Below, in pieces: positions 58,553 through 64,000 of a stretch of DNA of 64,000 nucleotides. Positions within the stretch are counted from its first letter, which is position 1. The number at the start of each line of letters is the position of its first letter. The stretch covers positions 4,579-68,578 of the forward strand of contig JAHJQX010000010.1 in the NCBI GenBank assembly GCA_018818965.1, given 5' to 3'. The notes beneath the pieces are model-generated. The model saw nothing but the letters and a program-made list of their open reading frames with translations. It made no database searches and was not told the origin of the DNA. The position numbers and the translations under genes are program-made. Source of the stretch: Patescibacteria group bacterium. GTDB taxonomy: Bacteria; Patescibacteriota; JABMPQ01.

Positions 58553-58983
58553 GCTCAAGCAAACAATAAGCCGAATTTAGTACCTCGTACCATTTCGGAT
58601 TTGAGTGATACGGGGCGATGATCATCTATCTGGTCCCATCATTGCTAATGGGATCAAGCGACCTACATTTTGGTCTTGCACCAGGCAGGGTTTACCAGAT
58701 TCCCATGTCACCATGAGATCAAATGGGTAGCTATCATGCTAACATCCCATTTCTTTTCACCTTTGCTCCCATCTGCCTGCCGGTAGGCAGGATCAGATCG
58801 GGACTAGTATTGTCTCTGCGGCACTTTCCCTAAGATTCAAGCCAGCTAAAAGTCTGCAGGACTCCTAACTATCTTTCTCCCGGTCGCCGTTAGCGACTGC
58901 CTTGCTGTCCCGATGGTCATCGGGACGGTGTTCGGACTTTCCTCCCCGATGAATATCGAGGCGATCATCTTGTTTACTTGAGC
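58553..58983 (-). ncRNA. rnpB: RNase P RNA
   Basis: Minus strand GAGGAAAGTCC, GAAAGTGCC, GGTAAACCC, ACTAAATTCGGCTTAT; P1 GCTCAAGTAAACAA/TTGTTTGCTTGAGC. Confidence 0.95.
58771..58793. repeat. Palindromic repeat inside RNase P RNA (P12 region)
   Basis: ATCTGCCTGCCGGTAGGCAGGAT. Confidence 0.7.
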
Positions 58984-58989
58984 CAGAAC

Positions 58990-59017
58990 AGAATAACATA
59001 ATAATGACAGATGTCAA
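58990..59017 (-). promoter_or_regulatory. rnpB promoter
   Basis: TTGACA-16-TATTCT with extended TG; predicted start coincides with the P1 5' end. Confidence 0.7.
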
Positions 59018-59072
59018 TAATATTCACCCCGATAGATTCTCTTGTTTAGAGAATAACAAAAAAATCTAAATT

Positions 59073-59357
59073 TTATTCATCCCGCTCGACAATTCGATAA
59101 TTTTTCTGCAAATAGAGTAAATCTTTTTTAAATTTACTCAGTCGGGCACTACTGCCAACATCTTTTTTCCTAACCATCTGACCAGTTAAATCTAGTACGG
59201 TGGCTAAACTAGCAAAATAGTCACCTGCTTTGATATGCTCTTTGACTCCAGTGATTCTCTGTTCTTTCTCTGAATCATTTATGAGCAAGGGGAAATTAAA
59301 ACCAGTCCAAGGGTAATCCCCAAAAAACATCAGGTTGTGGGAGTTGATTTTATACAT
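59073..59357 (-). CDS. Hypothetical protein downstream of radC
   Basis: 94 aa, DYFASLATVLDL, co-oriented 24 nt after radC. Confidence 0.65.
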   Translation of the reverse strand: MYKINSHNLMFFGDYPWTGFNFPLLINDSEKEQRITGVKEHIKAGDYFASLATVLDLTGQMVRKKDVGSSARLSKFKKDLLYLQKNYRIVERDE

Positions 59358-59381
59358 GGCGACAGAGATGTTGGAGTTAAC

Positions 59382-60110
59382 TTAGTACTCAACTGGTACA
59401 CTAGCAAATCGATTTTTGGTAATGATAATATGATCTAGCAAATCAATACCGAGAATATGACCAGCCTCTACTAATTGTTTAGTGATGCTAATATCTGATT
59501 CGGTTGGTTTGACAACGCCAGAAGGATGGTTGTGTGCTAAAACCATGGCCACAGCTGAATACTCCAAAGCTGGTCGGAAAACCTCGCGGGGATGAACAAT
59601 ATTGGTTGTTAAACTACCAATGGAGATAATTTCATCGTGCACCACCCGATGACGACTATTAAGATAAATACCCCGCAGTTGTTCTTTGGGTAAGTCCCGC
59701 ATCTCTTTGAGATATTCATAAGCTTGCTTGGGTGTTCTAATGACAGCAGCCCGACCCTTAGTCTCTTTAAAAAACCGCCGGCCCAACTCGAAACAAGCGA
59801 CAATTTGACAAGACTTAGCTAGCGGAACACCTAATTCTTTTTCCAGTAATTTTGGATCGGTTTGGTTTATAATGCCTTTTTCGCCATATTCCTTAACTAT
59901 GCGAGAAGACATCATCATTACTTCCTCCTTTTTTGTGCCCACGTTTAAAACCACTGCCAATAATTCAGGCGTGGATAAAGAAATGGGACCTTCTTTGATT
60001 AATTTCTCCCGTGGTTTGTCCTCGTCTGGCAGATCTTTTATGCGGAGAGGATACTGTCGGTTTGGATTGTCGAGGATAAGGCTGTGATCTTGGAGGGAAT
60101 AGGTAGTCAT
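59382..60110 (-). CDS. radC: RadC/JAB domain protein
   Basis: KPREKL, ELLAVVL, VHPREVF, HNHPSG, LLDHIII. Confidence 0.95.
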   Translation of the reverse strand: MTTYSLQDHSLILDNPNRQYPLRIKDLPDEDKPREKLIKEGPISLSTPELLAVVLNVGTKKEEVMMMSSRIVKEYGEKGIINQTDPKLLEKELGVPLAKSCQIVACFELGRRFFKETKGRAAVIRTPKQAYEYLKEMRDLPKEQLRGIYLNSRHRVVHDEIISIGSLTTNIVHPREVFRPALEYSAVAMVLAHNHPSGVVKPTESDISITKQLVEAGHILGIDLLDHIIITKNRFASVPVEY

Positions 60111-60311
60111 GTTTTTCGTTTATGTTAAGCCCTTACTTGATACAGAAAAACTACTTATTGAGTCTACTTTAATATAAAATGAGAGGGAAAGCAAATGTTG
60201 GATTAAAACCTAAAGTAAGGTGCTGTTAGCCCCCATCTGGCAATAGAAATTTGACGTTGAACAAGTCCACATACATATTGGACTCTAGAAGAGGTGGACT
60301 CATACAGACGT

Positions 60312-60383
60312 TTGACTTAACTACTAGCTAATGTTATTTTTACGATCTGCTCATTCAACAACCATATCGTCCACTAAGGGAGG
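60312..60383 (+). promoter_or_regulatory. Promoter, boxA-like motif and SD of an orphan gene
   Basis: TTGACT-17-TATTTT, TGCTCATTCAACA (60348-60360), AAGGGAGG (60376-60383). Confidence 0.5.
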
Positions 60384-60389
60384 CAAGAA

Positions 60390-60866
60390 ATGTTCTTTCC
60401 TGTTTTCGGCATTGTTTTTGTTCTTCTCGGTGCTCTATTTCTTTCCTGGAGCAGCTGGCGGTTATACCAGAAAGTAAAAAGAGTACAACAAGGCATGATG
60501 GCGAGCCTGGATCGAAAAATATCCACAGCTGAGGAAAAACTGACTGCTATCAAGGAACTATGGGGAGACCAAGTTCCCTATTACCAACTCTTCGCTCATT
60601 GTTTGCTCGGAGAGAGCAGGGATGTTCCTCATATTATGACCGCGGCTTGTTTGGTTTTCTTCCCTCACGATGAAGCCCAACCGGGTAAAGACGTAAAAAT
60701 AGAAACTGAAAGAACTGAACAAGGAACTTTAATTACTGTCATCGTCCACGACAGTGAGGTCTTACTGACCGATGTTACCCTGAGCGAACGGCTGTTCGCA
60801 CTTATTCAGGTAGCAGACAACAGAGATGATAATCCCCGCTTTCTCGAGTTTAATCTTGAACCTTAG
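60390..60866 (+). CDS. Orphan protein with N-terminal TM helix
   Basis: 158 aa; strong SD; terminator follows. Confidence 0.7.
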   Translation: MFFPVFGIVFVLLGALFLSWSSWRLYQKVKRVQQGMMASLDRKISTAEEKLTAIKELWGDQVPYYQLFAHCLLGESRDVPHIMTAACLVFFPHDEAQPGKDVKIETERTEQGTLITVIVHDSEVLLTDVTLSERLFALIQVADNRDDNPRFLEFNLEP

Positions 60867-60873
60867 CCAGTTT

Positions 60874-60901
60874 AGAGCGCACTTCGCTGTGTGCTTTTTT
60901 T
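60874..60901 (+). terminator. Intrinsic terminator
   Basis: AGAGCGCAC-TTCGCT-GTGTGCTTT followed by a T-run. Confidence 0.7.
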
Positions 60902-61058
60902 ACAACAAAACCCTTTCGCCAGGGGTTAATTTTATTTATGGGAATTACTAGAAAATATTAGAATCTGTTTGGTAAAAAATGGCTTACAGCCCCAAGTGGT
61001 AATTTTGTTGGATTTGGGATACAATAAATTAGTGTTGGGTAAAAAGAAATATACTCAA

Positions 61059-63371
61059 ATGGACACAGAGTCTCCAGATACAAAAACCGAAACTCCAGAT
61101 CAAGAAATCCCCACTAAACCCCAAAAAAAGCACCGTCGCGGTCTCAAAATAGCCATTGGGGTCGTCTTGGCTGTGGCCGCTATTGGTGGCGGGATGCTCT
61201 TGGCCTATTTTGATGTGTTTAATAGTGGAGCAGATAAAGAAACGGTAGGAGGAATGACCATGGAAGAGTTTTTTGCCCAAGAAGGTGATACTAGCTTTGA
61301 TCTGATAGATAAGGCCTACGAGGAAGGCAAAATAGATAAAGAGACTTCGTTAATATATGGCGCTTACGCTGCTTTTGGGGATGAGAGGTTGCCGGAGGAA
61401 TATCAAAGTGACATTATAGCTTTTGAGGCTAATCATGTGTTTCGGGAGATTAGAGAAAACTATGACAGCTTCAGCCCAGAGAATAAAGAGATCATTGACC
61501 CTTTCCTGAAGCGGCCGGATGACCCGGAGAGTTGGTGGAATGAAAAAGTGAGGGAGAAACAAGTGAGAAATAATCCAGATTTAATAAAAGCGGCTCGAGC
61601 CAAAGACCGAGAAGTAAAAAGTATTTTCTCTGAACATTTAACCACCGTTGATGGTAAGATAAAAATCTGGTATGCCCAAATTGGAATATTTGATGATTTT
61701 ATTGATAAAATATTTAAGCCGGGGAGAGCTGAATACTTTGATGCTGCAGACAAAGAAATGGCAGAAAAAATAAAAGATATATTGGACAAAGATAGAGCAT
61801 ACGCCAAATTTTCCAACATTATGGCAAAAGAACCACTCAATGATGGTAATCTGGGTGGCGACGGCGAATTAGATATATATGCAATCAGTCCAACCATGAT
61901 GGAGTATAAGAGGTTACAATTGACAGCTACCGCTGGCTATTCTGGGGTACTCGGAGGGTATATCCCAGATACTGCTAATTTCCCTACCTCTGGCTATTTG
62001 ATCCTAATAGGTTCCAACAAAACAGTGATCGCCCACGAACTCTTTCATGCCTTCCAGGCTGCCTTTAAACAGAATGAGTCTAGCGATCGTTGGTTTGCTG
62101 AAGCCTCTGCTGTTTGGTCAGAAGATTTTATATATCCGCAAGATAACAGCGAGCAAAAATGGCTAAAAGTATCACCTATTAATCAGCCGGGGACTTCGTT
62201 AGACAATACCAATTTGTCAGGATACGAATATGGAGCATATTTATTCCCCTTCTACCTTACTCAACCGGGAGTTAGTGGTAGCGAGATAATAGGAAAAATC
62301 TGGGCAGGCTGCGGCAATTATAATTCATGTCTTAATTCGATCGACAAGAATATCAGTGGCGACTTTGAAGATACCTGGCGGGAATTTACGCTTTGGAACT
62401 ACAACAAAAAGCCAGTTAAACTATACCAAGACGAGGGTGGTTTTCCAGAAATTTCATCAGGCGTTGCTTCCTATCAAAGTGATATAAAAAAAATCGGTAA
62501 CAACTCTATTGAAATCTCATGGAAGAAGGATTTAGAATATCTAGCAGCTCATCTTGTTGAGGTACGTAATAAAACAAATTCCCCTGAGGTCAAACAAATC
62601 ATCTTCAAAGACTTTAAAAACTTCACCAGCCAATCTAACAAAGCCGCCATCAAAGCGATCGTCTATCCTAAAAATGGCGAGCCATATTTAGATGAGGAAT
62701 GGACTAACAAAGAAGAAAGAAAGTTCTGTCTGGAAGATCCACGAGAGAGCTTTGATAATATAGTTCTCATCTTTAGCAACGGCGAGATGAAAAAATCACT
62801 GACAGCAACCGAAATCACCGCCGAAGCTAAAACAGAATCCTGTTACGCCATTGAGCAAACAGATACCAGAGAAGCAACTTACCAGATCACTGGTTCGGAT
62901 AGCAGCAATAAGGCAAACTTTACCGTAAAAACTACTGGGACTATCCTAGAACCGGCTCCAGCAGAGGCTCAATATGGCTATCAAGCTAAATGGCAAGCTA
63001 AACTTGACTATCAAGAGCAATGGGATCCCTACAGTCAGGTCACCGGCTGTGTTGTTCATCCGGGAGAAACTAAGTATACCTCGACCTTTGAGTTTGATTT
63101 AAGCTCTGTTAAGAATAATAGTAGTTTTCCAGTCAAAGTGACCGAATCTAATGTCCATTATGATCCCTGGAGCCAAAAATGCACGATTGCTGGTTTTACT
63201 ACCGATACAGAGACGGAGCCAGTTGAATATGATGATTTATCATTTAGCGAAGGCTTTATCTACGATATGTCTGAGACTGAAGCTAAAATCAAGTTTCCGG
63301 GATCTCTGGCCTACGGTAATTTTATCTCTCGTCGTGAGATGGAGCCGATTGTGCTGGAGATTAAGAGATAG
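61059..63371 (+). CDS. Membrane-anchored putative zinc metalloprotease (HExxH...E)
   Basis: Likely ATG at 61059; TM; AHELFHAFQ followed by WFAEASAVWSE; YEYGAYLF. Confidence 0.8.
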   Translation: MDTESPDTKTETPDQEIPTKPQKKHRRGLKIAIGVVLAVAAIGGGMLLAYFDVFNSGADKETVGGMTMEEFFAQEGDTSFDLIDKAYEEGKIDKETSLIYGAYAAFGDERLPEEYQSDIIAFEANHVFREIRENYDSFSPENKEIIDPFLKRPDDPESWWNEKVREKQVRNNPDLIKAARAKDREVKSIFSEHLTTVDGKIKIWYAQIGIFDDFIDKIFKPGRAEYFDAADKEMAEKIKDILDKDRAYAKFSNIMAKEPLNDGNLGGDGELDIYAISPTMMEYKRLQLTATAGYSGVLGGYIPDTANFPTSGYLILIGSNKTVIAHELFHAFQAAFKQNESSDRWFAEASAVWSEDFIYPQDNSEQKWLKVSPINQPGTSLDNTNLSGYEYGAYLFPFYLTQPGVSGSEIIGKIWAGCGNYNSCLNSIDKNISGDFEDTWREFTLWNYNKKPVKLYQDEGGFPEISSGVASYQSDIKKIGNNSIEISWKKDLEYLAAHLVEVRNKTNSPEVKQIIFKDFKNFTSQSNKAAIKAIVYPKNGEPYLDEEWTNKEERKFCLEDPRESFDNIVLIFSNGEMKKSLTATEITAEAKTESCYAIEQTDTREATYQITGSDSSNKANFTVKTTGTILEPAPAEAQYGYQAKWQAKLDYQEQWDPYSQVTGCVVHPGETKYTSTFEFDLSSVKNNSSFPVKVTESNVHYDPWSQKCTIAGFTTDTETEPVEYDDLSFSEGFIYDMSETEAKIKFPGSLAYGNFISRREMEPIVLEIKR

Positions 63372-63479
63372 TGGGGATTAGTTTAATAAAGCTACTGCCA
63401 AATTTATAGTCGAGTTGATAAATGCGGGTAAATCTATGCTCGCATTTTTAGATATATTCTAACTCCATACCCCCCAACC

Positions 63480-63503
63480 AAAAAAGGCTTCAATAAGCCT
63501 TTT
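63480..63503 (-). terminator. Terminator after tRNA-Lys
   Basis: AAAAGGCTT-ATTG-AAGCCTTTT plus further Ts on the minus strand. Confidence 0.7.
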
Positions 63504-63512
63504 AAAATCGCA

Positions 63513-63585
63513 TGGGGCGTACAGGAATCGAACCTGTGACCTTCTCCTTAAAAGGGAGCTGCTCTACCGGCTGAGCTAACGCCCC
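63513..63585 (-). tRNA. tRNA-Lys (anticodon UUU), CCA not encoded
   Basis: GGGGCGTTAGCTCAGCCGGTAGAGC...CTTTTAA...GGTTCGATTCCTGTACGCCCCA. Confidence 0.95.
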
Positions 63586-63667
63586 AAATTATAAATTTGG
63601 TTTAAAAATCCTAACAAAAAAACCAGTAGCCGGCAAGTATATTCCAAATCACCTGCCTATGCGTAGG

Positions 63668-64000
63668 CTACTCGCTACTTTTTTTCTTCATGAAAAACAT
63701 TGCTGCCAGTGGCGCCAACATCCACAAAAAACGGCTATTGTCCGCAGCAAACAAAGTCTTAGTAAACGGTCCCAATGATGCCAAGGCTGTCTCTGGTAAA
63801 AAGGATAAAACAATACTAATTAATAGTCCCACTTGCAAAAAACTGAAAACAATGATTTGTACGATCCCCGCTTCCGCCGAAAAAGTAGATAACGCTCCCA
63901 CCCGAGCGAACAAGAGAAATAATCCTACTACACAAACCAGAAAAACTGCTATTTGTAAAAAAGCAACCTGACTAAATCCTAATCGCTGTGAACTTTCTTC
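63668..64000 (-). CDS. Hypothetical membrane protein (5' partial)
   Basis: Frame open to the window end; hydrophobic, FLQVGLLISIVLSFLP...WMLAPL. Confidence 0.7.
   Translation of the reverse strand, partial: EESSQRLGFSQVAFLQIAVFLVCVVGLFLLFARVGALSTFSAEAGIVQIIVFSFLQVGLLISIVLSFLPETALASLGPFTKTLFAADNSRFLWMLAPLAAMFFMKKKSSE

Noticed and set aside
60264-60300. AGTCCAC/GTGGACT inverted repeat with an alternative TGGACT partner
   Set aside because: Only 6-7 bp; insufficient support for an operator or RNA switch.
60969-61058. TTG start at 60969 for the metalloprotease (similarly 916 and 45447 for other genes)
   Set aside because: The extensions overlap promoter-like or AT-rich leader sequence; downstream starts at 61059, 949 and 45432 fit better.
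59073-63512. Integrative island at tRNA-Lys
   Set aside because: No integrase, and I found no duplicated tRNA 3' end (att site) by eye.
1-64000. CRISPR array, rRNA or alternative genetic code (UGA=Gly)
   Set aside because: No regularly spaced repeats or rRNA motifs seen; conserved genes are intact under code 11 and TGA serves as a stop (e.g. lysS, mreC, holB).

Overview
Chromosomal segment with standard code 11, AT-rich leaders and few Shine-Dalgarno (SD) sites. Gene content suggests a Patescibacteria/CPR (Parcubacteria-like) bacterium; this taxonomy is inferred. Most genes are housekeeping: amino-sugar and peptidoglycan genes (glmS, glmM, murA, alr, mrdA, mreBCD, a second mreB, ftsQ-like), four aminoacyl-tRNA synthetases, the infA-rpmJ-rpsM-rpsK-rpsD-rpoA-rplQ-rplM-rpsI block, glnA, mnmA, holB and radC. 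RNA genes are tRNA-Gln(CUG), tRNA-Lys(UUU) and RNase P RNA. One IS1595-family element is present. Most notable: (1) a 366-aa LAGLIDADG intein in the ThDP-binding motif of a stand-alone PorB; (2) an unannotated ~150-nt three-way-junction element between a HAD gene and glmM; (3) two families of tiny palindromic repeats found in RNase P RNA helices, a CDS tail and intergenic DNA; (4) a LysRS-HD hydrolase fusion; (5) an FtsA-like ATPase coupled to a membrane-anchored baseplate-J-like protein with no phage nearby; (6) orphan genes packaged as promoter/boxA-like/SD/terminator cassettes; (7) a near-identical 3' trailer behind two unrelated tRNAs. All calls come from reading motifs by eye; no searches were run.
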